Below are positions 14,440-26,005 of a stretch of 64,000 nt of DNA, piece by piece. Position 1 is the stretch's first letter; the number at the start of each line of letters is the position of its first letter. Below the pieces are notes generated by a model, which had not been told where the DNA came from, made no database searches, and saw only the letters and a list, made by a program, of their open reading frames with translations. The position numbers and the translations under genes were made by a program. The DNA is from the human T2T-CHM13v2.0 reference genome, Homo sapiens, in assembly GCF_009914755.1 (NCBI RefSeq), contig NC_060937.1; one strand, given 5' to 3'.

Positions 14440-14650
14440 ACTTCCATATTTCAATTAAAATAAGGACTGAGAGTATTCCTTATATGCATGTATAGAACTA
14501 TTTTTATTACTTTTTAACTTTTGTAGAAGATTCCATAATGCAACGTGTCAAATCCGGAGTCTTTCCATGGATATGTAGGTTGTTTTGATCTATTTCTACA
14601 TGAATAATAATTGTAATGATACATTTTCAGGAGTTGCAATTGCAGAATTA
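14440..14650 (-). mobile_element. L1ME-type LINE-1 fragment (left part, split by L2)
   Basis: atggatatgtaggttgttttg...caggagttgcaattgcagaat matches reverse L1ME 3' region. Confidence 0.55.
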
Positions 14651-16958
14651 ATTCCTGGCAGGAGTCTTGTCCTGGTTAACTGTGTTTCTCTCCTGGACTT
14701 CACAACTTTTATTCCAAGAGTCTTAAGGCAGTCCTGCATCCCAGTGTCATGCCACTCTTTGACCCCACTTCTCATAACTCCTCAAATGCAGAAATCTTTC
14801 GATCCTCCCCTCCACCTCTGAAACTCAGAAAATCTCCCAAATCTCCTAATTTTTCTCTAAATAGTACCTTCATTATCTTGTTCAACTCAAAATCTTATCC
14901 TGCCCTGAAGCCACTTCTCTTGCAGCCTCTCAAGTGGGATATTCTCTTCCTTTGTAGTCTTGGTCATATCAAGAGTCCTGGAGTGGAGCAGACACCCTAT
15001 TTGCCCTTCATTTCGGCTACCAGAATATTGTCTTTCTTCTTGTTAAAGACTCTCAGTTTGAAATCTCAGGTGAACAGAATTAACCCGCCCTCTCAAAAAC
15101 CCTTTGATTCCATTTTGAGCTACAATCCATGAACTCTTTTTGTACATAACTTTCATCACAGTCTTTACTCTGTTCTAATTCACCTTAACTTAAATAATTA
15201 TCATTTTTCCTCTGACTCTACCTCAAACCATTTGCCCATCATTGCTTTAAATAATCCCCTAGAAAAGTAAAGAAAAATTTAATCCACACTTTTGACAATG
15301 GAGTTTAACTTGTTTGAAATGAAATACATAACCATGCTGACGGATTTTCTTTAAATGTATGACTTGGGTTTTGCGGAGCATTCAGTGTTAGCAAACATTT
15401 GTATATTTTCCCGATGCAGCTATGCTCATATTTTACTTTTGTTAAATTTTTCCTGACACCACCAACACATCTTTTTCTGCCTTTATTCACATCCAAATAT
15501 TTTCCTTTGTGGTTCACTGAAAAATTAGGAAGAATTGGGGCATATTTCCACAAGTTCTAACCATCACTTCTACCAACTTATTTGATTCTCTGCCTAAGAA
15601 AATCTCTGCCTATCTCCCCATTACAGCAAAACTCCATATGTAAAGATAAAATTCATCTCCTTCCATCCCCCCTTGAATGTCCTCCACACCAATCATATTT
15701 TTCCCCATCAAAACGCTGAAGCTATGCTTATTAAGGTCACAGTGATATCAGTGTTGCTAAATCCAATATCAATTTTATATTACAGAAGACAGTATATTAA
15801 GTATTATCTTTTTAAATTGTTGCCATGTCACCATCCTTTCCTGGTGTCTTTCCTACAGCACTTGTCCCTTTTCTTCGTCTCCTCCTTCATTGTCATCTCT
15901 GACACCTCTTAATGTCGAAACTCACCTTTTATCATTTCATACATCCTCTTACTTTAAATATCATCTGAAAGCTAATGGCCCCTAGATTAATATCTCAGTC
16001 TTAACCTCTTCTTTGATCCTCAGGCTTCCATATAATTATGCAATTGACATCTCCTCTTGATGACCGTAGGCTCCTCAACCTTAAAATGAACAGCAAGCTG
16101 ACTCCACATTCCATCACACTGTTACCTTGCAAACCCGATTTGCAGTAAATGACCTTTATTATTCTGGTCACTTATGCCAGCAACTTTGTCATCTGCAATC
16201 CCTGTCTTCTCTTATATCCTACAACATTCTCATCAGTATATATTGTTGGCATTACCTTAAAAAATATACCCAAGCAACCATCTTTTCTGACCTGGATTAC
16301 TGCAATAGTCTCCTAATTCATCTTACTCCACATCTGTTCTTATTACTCTGTAGCTATTCTCAGCCAGAGTCAGCTTATAAGCCAAAACCTAAATAAGATC
16401 ATGGCACTCATCATCTCAAATTTTTACAATGGCTTTCCACCTCAGAGTAAATGTCAGTCTTTACAATAATGTTCAAAACTCTGCATGGTGTGTTTTTTCT
16501 CTCCCTTTGTCTCTCTCCCTCCTCTCCTTGTTGTTTTCCCTTTTATTTTCCAAACTATATTGTGATTCTTATCTAAAAAAATTTTAGACAAGCTCTATAT
16601 TCAGAAACTTTGTCCAACCCTGCCTTTAAAACTGAATCTTTCCTTCCCGATGTGTACATGGAATATTTGCTTCCTTCTTCCAGATCTCTAACAAAATGTC
16701 ACCCTCACAGTCACAACCCTCTTACCCCAGCACTTGCCAGTGCATGCCTTGCTTATTATTACCAGCTGATGAAGTACATGTTTGACCTTAAACATTTGAT
16801 ACATTAAAACAAAGTACTAATGTGATTGTCACCTATCTCCCATCTCTGGAATGTAATGAAATTGAAATTTGGCTTGCTTGTTATTTTTTTCCTGATTTCC
16901 TAGCTTGGAAAGTATTTGGAACAAAGGGGTACTCTGAAATGCTTATTGACTTAATGAA
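14651..16958 (+). mobile_element. Long L2 LINE with endonuclease- and RT-region remnants and 3' end
   Basis: ctgaagccacttctcttgcagcctctcaagtgg (L2 EN region); gctgaagctatgcttattaaggtcacagtgat...gttgctaaatccaat (RT region); ctggattactgcaatagtctcctaat; ends ttattgacttaatgaat. Confidence 0.8.
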
Positions 16959-17480
16959 TCTGCCAGATATTGTCAGATTGCCTTCTAAAGTTGCTGTTCA
17001 ACAAGCAGACTCTCACTGTATCAAACTGTCTGTTTTCACATCATGTTCACCAATGTTTTGCATTATAAAACTGTTTGCTTTTATTTTAGAAATTGGTAGG
17101 TGGAAACACCTGTCACATTATTACTTTAAATTGCATTTTATTAAATTACGAGGTATGTTCAGCACATTTCAATGAGTGTGTGTGTATGTGTGTGTGTGTC
17201 TTAATGCTGGTGGCTACATGCCCATTTATTTTGCCCACTTTAGATAAACTTTTGCTCCTTTTCTTATCATTTTTTTAAGGATTATAAATATCTTTAGGAA
17301 CTTGGCATTTGGCTATGGGTTGTATTATTCATATTTCCCCACTTTTATTTATTTTTTACCTATGAACACTATTTTTTATTATCCTGTCAAATTGAATGTA
17401 TTGAAATTTATCCGTCTTGGTTTTGATTTTCTGAATTTGTGACATGCTTTAAAAAGTAAAAAGTAGTTCTTCAAATTCAA
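16959..17480 (-). mobile_element. L1ME-type LINE-1 fragment (right part)
   Basis: agatattgtcagattgccttctaaagttgctgt...ttaaattgcatttt continues the reverse L1ME consensus where the left part stopped. Confidence 0.65.
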
Positions 17481-18389
17481 GTCTTAACAGAGATAAGAAA
17501 AGGCTTACATGAGAATACACACAAATATATTATGCTAAGCTATATTCAGTTAACCTTACAATAAAGTTAACAATAATATGGAAAGGCAATTTGCAAAGAA
17601 GTGATTATACTCTCTCTTCACTAGAGGATTTGAGAAGCCTATATATACAGGCCTAAAAGAAAAGTCAATACTGCTGCCTTTTTAATTCTCTTTTTTCATT
17701 TTTTGGATTTAATGACTTTTCTAACAATTTTCTGCATTTTTCATACTGCTGCATTCACTACATGTATTGCATGATAATGAATAAAATAATTACAGAGAAA
17801 TTTTATCATTTATATCTGTTGATTGGAATATAGTTTTTATATAGTTGTAATAAATAAATAAATGTGTTAAATATATCATAGGAACTAAATTGTGGACAAT
17901 TTAGGAATTTCCCTGCCTGCTTTTGTATTTTGCACTGGAAGTATCTGCACTGTTTTTCTATTGACTGTGTAATCATTTTCACTTGGCCTTTTGGCAATGT
18001 GAATACTTGTGGAAACCATCATGGATATAAAGGGGGAAAAATACTAGGTTGAATACCTCTGTAAGTTCTTACATTCAATATCTGATGCTTATCTAAAAAT
18101 GTGTGTTCAGTAATATAAGCATTAAATTTACACAGATGAGAAAAATATTGTAAGTGACTTATCCAATATTACAACGTTACATCATTTTTTTAAGTGGTGA
18201 AACAACACAGAAACTGCTGCCTCATTATTTTTGGAAAAAAAAAATAATTCTAGTACTTCATGTTATTTGGGCCAAAATCCATGAAAATCCACTAACTGAT
18301 TCCCTGTATTTGAGAGTGGATGAGAAATTCATTTTTTTCCACATGCATCATAATAAAATACACTGAGACCTATAGGATCACCAGTAGGC

Positions 18390-18600
18390 AGCCATGCAAG
18401 AAATTGCATTTGAAGTTTCCAAACAGAAAGAGAAGAAAGTACATTAGATCTGAGAGAGAATGCATTTCACATAATGAAGCAACGATGAAGGCCAGTGAGC
18501 CAGGAGAGGAGTAAATGAGGTGTGTATGGGGGAAGGAGAGAGAAAAAAGGGATTGTTACCAGAAGTCAGAGAAGTAGACAGAAGCCAGATGTAGGCATTG
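18390..18600 (-). mobile_element. L2 LINE fragment
   Basis: gaaggccagtgagccaggagaggagtaaatgagg...agaagtcagagaagtagacagaagccagat. Confidence 0.6.
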
Positions 18601-20651
18601 CTTTTTTGTTTTTTCATTCACATCTTTATCTACTTGATTTATAGCTATTAAACACACTTAATAATTTTGTTTTTTTATGATAGCAGCTATATAAGTAGAA
18701 CCTCCAAAGGTGGTAGAATGGGGTGAGATAGATGGCCTATGAAAATATTCTTAAGATCTATATTTGAATCAACCTAATTATAAATACAGATGAATGCTAC
18801 ATAGTTAATAAATATAAGGCTTACATTCTGATTATACTACTATTTGAAGGTTAATGAGTAAGTAACTGTATCTGTTTGTTATTAGCACGTCATCAATATA
18901 CTGTTGGAGGATTTTTAAAATATTTCATGGAGCAGTAAAGTGAATATTAATAATCGATATAAGGAGATTTTATTAATAAACTGTATTTCTAATAAATTAC
19001 ATTTCTGAGCAAAGGTAAGACTTGCTTTGTCGTACCACTTTGAATTTTGTGACTTAAAAAAACCAGGCTTTTCTTATGAAAAACATGGTACCCTCACTTA
19101 GTGACTTTGCATAAGTTCTTAATTTCAGTACTAATTTAAATAACTCCATTGTCTTACTACATTGAGAAGAAGGAAATGAGTCACCTTGTTTCAAAATGTG
19201 AAGAAGTGACATCTTTGATATTATTAGTGTCTGCACTGTGTGAGGAAAGCTGATTTTATGTGCTGGTGCAAAACCCATGGCTCATAAACTCAACAGAGGT
19301 GAGTGAGTTATGATAGTCTTGGAAATACATTAATGAAATTCTCCAAACATCAATATGGTACATTAGTCTTCATCACATTTGGCTTTATTAAACACACAGA
19401 TAGATGGGAAGCTGTCATGTATGCCAATTGTTTTGCTTTATCAAAATGACCTAAGGAAATATAAATGTGCTATTTTTTTAAAAGCTATTTTAACATCATG
19501 TGTGAATGATAACATTTCATAGTTTGATGATTTAAAGAATGAGATAGTTCAGGATTTTGTCATCATCGTGATTTAACATTCATCAAAGACCTATAATATG
19601 TTGGATACCACAGGGGAGGGGGGAAAAGGACACTGCCAAGACACAGTCTCTGCCCTTAATTTATGTTTACTTATTTTCTCTAAAGACTGAAGAAAACATA
19701 ATTTTTGCTTCATAGAACAGGTTTTGAAAGCTAATGCTTTTTATCAAAATCAATGGGGCTTATGCCATTGGAAAGGACTAAATTGATCTGTTCATTTCAA
19801 GGTAAAATAGACATTAAAATGGAAGTTATACCAACTAATAAACATTCAAACGTTAACCTCATTGAAAGAAATATTTCTATAGATACCTAATTATATAAAT
19901 TTTTAGTTTTTTGACATTCTTGAATAGGAATGGCAAACACAACTTACAATCAGGATTTTTATAAATTTACTTTTATTTTGGACCATAATATAATAGATTA
20001 TGTAATCAATTTATAACTTGAAACAGGAAAGTGGCTGTTATTTTCAAAATGTGATGTAATACATACTTCAGCTCTCTGAGACATTCCTTTAATATCACCT
20101 ATATATTATCGTCAGAGTAAACTATTTCAACACCAAGACCAAACACATCTTTCTTTTCAAATACAGCTTCCATAATTCTCTTAGGCATATTCTCTCCTGC
20201 AGTGTAACTTATACATATAATAATATATTTTAATATGATGATTAAAATCTAAATTGATTATATGTGTATATACATGTATAGGTGTATACATATATATGTG
20301 TATATGTATCCCTTTGCCTATAATTGCTTTCTATATGGCAAGAAAAAGATTATGTTGCATGACTGATGCATTGCACAAGTTCCTCAGGAAAGGACGCTTT
20401 TCTTTCAGTTGCTGTTATTTAATTATTATTGTTATTATTATTATGACAGTTATTGCTGAGTGTCATATTTTTTATCCCTGGTCATAATGCAGTACTATCT
20501 ATTCTCTAAGCACTCATTGTTATTAGGTGAGTATATATATACACATATATACACACACACATATTGTATGAATAGTAAGGAGAAGCTTTTTAAACATTTG
20601 ATGAAGATTAAAAAGTAAAGGAATTAATATGCATTAAGCACATTAAATGCA

Positions 20652-21021
<370 letters not shown>

Positions 21022-21674
21022 TTAATTGTATAAAAATATAAAAAATTTAGAAATTTGTTGGCAGTATTATTGTAATATTTTGATGTCTTCCAGATTTCTG
21101 ACATTACCTTGAGGTAAGTATAGATATGAGTCTATTAATGTGAAGAAATTAGAGTGTGAATTATTTTTACCGATTTAAAAAGTTATTTTGTCAATAATCA
21201 TGTAGTCGAATAGTAGCATTGTTAAGGGAAATTTAAATGTCACTAATGTTGTGACAGTATCATTTTAAAATCAAACATTTCAATTACTGGCTTTCTAAAT
21301 ACATTTATTAGAATACAGCATAAATATTAGCATATATAGAGACCCTATATTGAAAGTAGAATACAATAAATGGTCTCTAGTGATTTCCAATCTGGTTTCT
21401 ATGCATCCTACTACAAGCAGCGTATATCAACATAGATCATTAAAGTTATGCGTATCTGAAAACTAATATGTAGTTAAAAATACAAGCTTTACCTCCACAT
21501 TCAAATTATAATATCATAAACCTAAGGCAATGGAAGAGAATGATTAAAGACAGCTAATTGGTCACAATCATTTATTTATTCTCTGACCAAAAGTATCAAT
21601 CATTATAGAAAGAAAATAAAATGTTATGAATCAAACAATGAGGAACATTAGAGTGGGTTTCATTGAGGCTACCC

Positions 21675-21755
21675 AAAATTGAAATTCAATTTCAATTAGA
21701 AATTTCAGTTAGAAATTAGAAATTGAAATTCAATTTCAATTAGAAATTGAAATGA
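21675..21755. repeat. Duplicated palindromic AT-rich repeat
   Basis: aattgaaatt-c-aatttcaatt at 21677-21697 and 21721-21741. Confidence 0.9.
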
Positions 21756-21834
21756 TTTCTAACTTTTGCAAATTTCACATACGGTTAGTTCAGGTTTCCT
21801 AGGGTTTCACATGTAAATTTTTATCTTTCTCTTC

Positions 21835-22178
21835 TTTGCTATAGTGGAGCCCTGTAACCTACATTATGCCAATTGGATATACACCATTAGGGCTTATTTT
21901 CTGCATTATGAAATATGATGCCACTAAATGCAGGTTAATTTTCTAGCAATCATGATGGCAGAGGTGTTCAGTTTTTCAAAAGCAGTCATGGTAATTTTCT
22001 TGTTACCCAATAACTAGATGCCAAACTTGGGGAGAATGGCTTTTGTACATTCGTTGTTGCAGTATGTAGCTTCATAATTTGATTCTTGGGCTACTTAGAA
22101 GATTCTGTGAACCAACTTATATCCAGTAATGAAAGCATTTTCTTTCTTTAACTATCAAAGACTGGATTTTTATTATTT
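21835..22178 (+). mobile_element. LTR33-like ERVL LTR (interrupted near its 3' end by the LTR8 retrocopy)
   Basis: ggagccctgtaacctacattatgccaattggatatacacc...gattctgtgaaccaacttatatcc...ttctttaactatcaaagactggattttt resembles LTR33. Confidence 0.5.
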
Positions 22179-22189
22179 AAAAGTGTGTG

Positions 22190-22338
22190 GTGTTCAGAGA
22201 CTGATTTAAGTAATAATAAAACTCCAGTCCCCTGCACAGCCGGCCCTGTATGAATTATTCTTTCTCTACTGCAATTCCCCTGTTTCGATAAATTGGCTGT
22301 CTAGGCAATAGGCAAGGTGGACCCGTTGAGCAGTTACA
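22190..22338 (+). mobile_element. LTR8 R-U5 segment (5' end)
   Basis: agactgatttaagtaataataaaactcc...gcaattcccctgt...gcagttaca matches the LTR8 3' portion, ending in CA. Confidence 0.85.
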
Positions 22339-22342
22339 AATC

Positions 22343-22359
22343 TGGGGGCTTGTTGGGAT
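22343..22359 (+). promoter_or_regulatory. Retroviral primer-binding site, tRNA-Pro type
   Basis: tgggggcttgttgggat vs TGGGGGCTCGTCCGGGAT, 4 nt after the LTR end. Confidence 0.8.
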
Positions 22360-22635
22360 TGCCCCTGCGCATACTTGCCAGTGGTTTCGTAGCTGTCCTC
22401 TGGCGACGGATCCAGAGGCCAGCCCAAGCGACTGCCTAGTTCTCTTTGACTGGGGGCTGACTCTGGTACTGTCTCTACTAGCAAGGCACTGCCAACCCAA
22501 TGTACATAGATTTAATTGCAATAGACAAGTAGTCCTGGGGAGATGTCTCATAACTGTAGCTTCACGGTGGGATGTCTGCCTATAGCTCCACCACAGGATG
22601 TCTGTAACTGTAGCCCCATTATGAGGTGTCTGATT

Positions 22636-22643
22636 TGGTGAGT
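22636..22643 (+). promoter_or_regulatory. Putative ERV major splice donor (unspliced in this copy)
   Basis: TG|GTGAGT in the leader ~280 nt after the PBS. Confidence 0.5.
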
Positions 22644-23281
22644 ATTCTGGGTGCTGCCAATACCCCTTTCCTTCTCCCAGTTGGTTCGGTTACTTTGGAG
22701 CTCCATTTGACTCCTTTGGGGGTTTTGGTTCAGCTCCTTAGGGGTCTTGGTTTGGCTCTGTTGGGGGTCTCAGTTGGCTCTCCCTAATTAGTGATAAGTG
22801 TCTTGGTTCAGGAGATCTCCCCAATCTGGAATATTTCGGGCAGATTCCTCAGACGGAGAGTAGAAGGTTAGTTTGGAAAAAATAGTTTATGGAATTCTTG
22901 GTCAGGGGTCTTGGTTTGGAAGGTCTTCTGTCTCTCTTGTCTTTGTTGTGTGTGTATTTGTATATGTGGATGGGATCTCTGAAGGAACTGCTGATGAAAG
23001 TCTAGCAGGCCCAACTCAGAGAATCTCTCTTATTTATCTGGTCACTTTTGGAGAGCGCTGAAGACAGCTCAACAGTCCTGACTCAAGGTGACCTTCTGCT
23101 CTTTGTCTCTCGCCCAGAGACCGTCCATTGAATTCTGGTCAGAGGTCACTGCTCCCCATGTTGCATGGATCACAGATGACAGAGACCAACAGGAGAAAGT
23201 TTGAGCCTTGCCAGGTTAATGTTGGGTGCTGAGCGAGGTGACTACTGTCTGTTTTGTTATGTGTATTTTGATTCAGTTAAG

Positions 23282-23410
23282 ATGGAAAATGTTCATTCAA
23301 TTCCCCATGCAACCTGTTGGGCAGCTTCTTGAAAAATTGAGAAGCTTTTCCCTATGGTTCCATAAAACAGAACAATATTATTTTCCTTTGTAAAGTAGCT
23401 TGATCCCCAC
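23282..23410 (+). pseudogene. gag: Degenerate gag matrix N-terminal relic
   Basis: ATG...MENVHSIP, then after a frameshift LLGSFLKN*EAFPYGSIKQNNIIFLCKVA*SP, resembling class I Gag PLGxILKNWxxF...IFxCNxAWP. Confidence 0.6.
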
Positions 23411-23537
23411 AGCTATGGCACAGTGAGTAGAGTCATCAAAAGCCTCTCTGTTACTCTGGAAGCTGCAGAGAAAGGGAACCTGGAAACCCGGTATACTGGC
23501 AAAGAGGGTGGGAAATTCTTACCAACCAAGTTTCTGG

Positions 23538-23554
23538 TCTCTCCCTCTCTCTTT

Positions 23555-23594
<40 letters not shown>
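23538..23594. repeat. (TC)n(TG)n compound microsatellite
   Basis: Direct observation. Confidence 0.95.
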
Positions 23595-23598
<4 letters not shown>

Positions 23599-23742
23599 GG
23601 TAAACCCCACTGTTTGTCTCCTCAGCCAGGGTTTGATTAATAGAAAAAAGGATTTGTGAGACTAAGTGTTAGGCTGTAGCAAATCTGGTGTACTTTGTGA
23701 TAAGAATTTTTCTTTCTGAGATGTTCTGTAATGGAGAGAGGG

Positions 23743-26000
23743 TTATATGGTTAGTCTTTGTGTCCCCACCCAAATCTTGTCTTGAATTGTAATCCCCACA
23801 ATCCCCACAATTCTCACGTGTCAAGGGAGAGACCAGGCACAGGTAATTGAATCATGGGGATCCTTTTCCCTATGCTGTTCTCATGATAGTGAATGAGTTC
23901 TCACAAGACCTGATGGTTTTATAAGGGGCTCTTCCCCCTTTGTTTGGCAATTCTCCTTCCTGTTGCCTTGCAAAGAAGTTGCCTTGCTTCCCCTTTGCCT
24001 TCTGCCGTAATTGTAAATTTCCTGAGGCCTCCCCAGCCATACTGAATCATGAGTCAATGAAACCTCTTTCCTTTATAAATTACCCAGCTTGGGGCAGTTT
24101 TTTATAGCAGTATGAAAATGGACTAATATAGTAAATTGATACCGAGAGTGGGGCACTGCTATGAAGATATCCAAAAATGTGGAAGCAAAACTTTGGAACT
24201 GGGTAACAGGCAGAGGTTGGAATAGCTTGAAAAGTTCAAAAGAAGACAAGAACATGTGGGAAATTTTGGAAGGTCCTGGAGACTTGTTGAATGGCTTTGA
24301 CCAAAATGCTGATAGTGATATAGTCAATGAATCTAGGCTGAAGTGGTCTCAGAGAGAGAAGATAAATTCTTTGGGAACTGGAGCAAAGGTGACTCTTGCT
24401 ATGCTTTAGCAAAGAGACTGGTGGCATTTTGCTCCTGCCCTGATCTGTGAAAATTTTAACTTGAGAGAGATAATCTGAAATTGGAACTTATGTTTAAAAG
24501 GGAAGCAGAGCATAAAGGTTTGGAAAATTTGCAGCCTAACAATGCAATAGAAAAGAAAAAAAACATTTCTAGGAAGAAATTCAAATGTTAATCACCAAGA
24601 CAATGGGGAAAATGTCTCCAGGGCATGTCAGAGGGCTTCCTGGCAGCGTCTCTCATCACAGGCTTGGAGGCCTAAGAGAGAAACATGGCTTGATGGGCTG
24701 GGCCTAGGGCCTTGCTGCTTTGTGCAGTTTGGGGACTGGATGCCCCACATCCCAACTGCTTCAGCTCCAGCTATGGCTAAAAGAGGCCACGGTACAGCTA
24801 GGGCCATTTCTTCAGAGGGTACAAGCTCCAAGCCTTGGTGGCTTACATGTAGTGTTGGGCCTGCAGGTGCACAGAATTCAAGAATTGAGGTTTGGGAACT
24901 TCCACCTAAATTTCAGAGGATGTATGGAAATGCCTCAATGTCTATACACAAGTTTGCTTTGGGGTGGTGCCCTCATGGAGAAACTCTGCTAGGGCAGTGC
25001 AGAAGGGAAATGTGAGGTTGGATACCCCATACAGAGTCCACACTGGGGCACTGCCTAGTGGAGCTGTAAGAAGAGGGCCACCATCCCCCAGCCCCCAGAA
25101 TGGTAGATCAACCAACAGCTTCCATGCTCCTGGGAGAGCTGCAGACACTCAACACCAGCCTGTGAAAACAGCCAGGGATGGGAGCTGTACCCTGAAAAGC
25201 CACAGGGGTGGAGATGCCCAAGATCATGGGAACCCACCTCTTGCATCAGCATAACCTGAATGTGAGATATTGAATCAAAGGAGATCATTTTGAAGCTTTA
25301 AGATTTGACTGCCCCACTGAATTTTGGACTTGCATGGGGACTGTAGTCTCATTGTTTTGGTCAATTTCTCCCATTTGGAGCAGATGTATTTACCCAATGC
25401 TGTACCCACATTGTATCTCAGATGTAGCTAACTTGCTTTTGATTTTACAGGATCATAGGCAGAAGGGACTTGCTTTGTCTTGAATGAGACTTTGAACTTG
25501 GACTTTTGGGTTAACTCTGGGATGAATTAAAACTTTGTAGGACTATTGGGAACGCATTTTTGGTTTAGAAATGTGAAAGGGATATGAGACTTGAGGGGGG
25601 CCAGTGGCAGAATTATGTGCTTAGAATTTGTGTCCCCACCCAGATCTCATATTGAATTGTAATTCGCATAATCTCCATAATCCCCATGTGTTAAGGAAGA
25701 GACCAGGTGTAGGTAATTGAATCATGGGGGCTGTTTCCCCTATGCTGTTCTTGTGATAGTGAGTGAGTTTTCACAAGATCTGATGGTTCTGTAAGGAGCT
25801 CTTCCCCCTTCATTTGGCACTTCTCCTTCCTGTCACCTTGTGAAGGAGGTGCCTTGCTTCCCCTTCAGCTTCCACCATGATTGTAAATTTCCTGAGGCCT
25901 CCCCAGCCATGCAGAACTGTGAGTCAGTTAAACCTCTTTCCTTTATAAATTACCCAGTCTCGGGCAGTTCTTTATAGTGGTATGGAAATGGACTATTACA
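23743..26000 (+). mobile_element. Full-length THE1 (THE1C/D-like) MaLR: LTR 23743-24130, internal 24131-25612, LTR 25613-26000
   Basis: Two direct ~388-bp LTRs ending gactaatata/gactattaca; internal starts gtaaattgatacc; 5-bp TSD GAGGG (23738-23742 / 26001-26005). Confidence 0.95.
24161..25290 (+). pseudogene. Disrupted THE1-int ORF
   Basis: Fragments such as KNVEAKLWNWVTGRGWNSLKSSKEDKNMWE are typical MaLR internal ORF relics, broken across frames. Confidence 0.7.
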
Positions 26001-26005
26001 GAGGG

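Noticed and set aside
21094-21113. 20-nt microexon (cag|atttctgacattaccttgag|gtaagt)
   Set aside because: Not frame-preserving, modest pyrimidine tract; such pairs occur by chance
21675-22790. Repeat-spacer-like patterns as a CRISPR array
   Set aside because: Primate genomic context, only 2-4 imperfect units, no unique spacers, no cas genes
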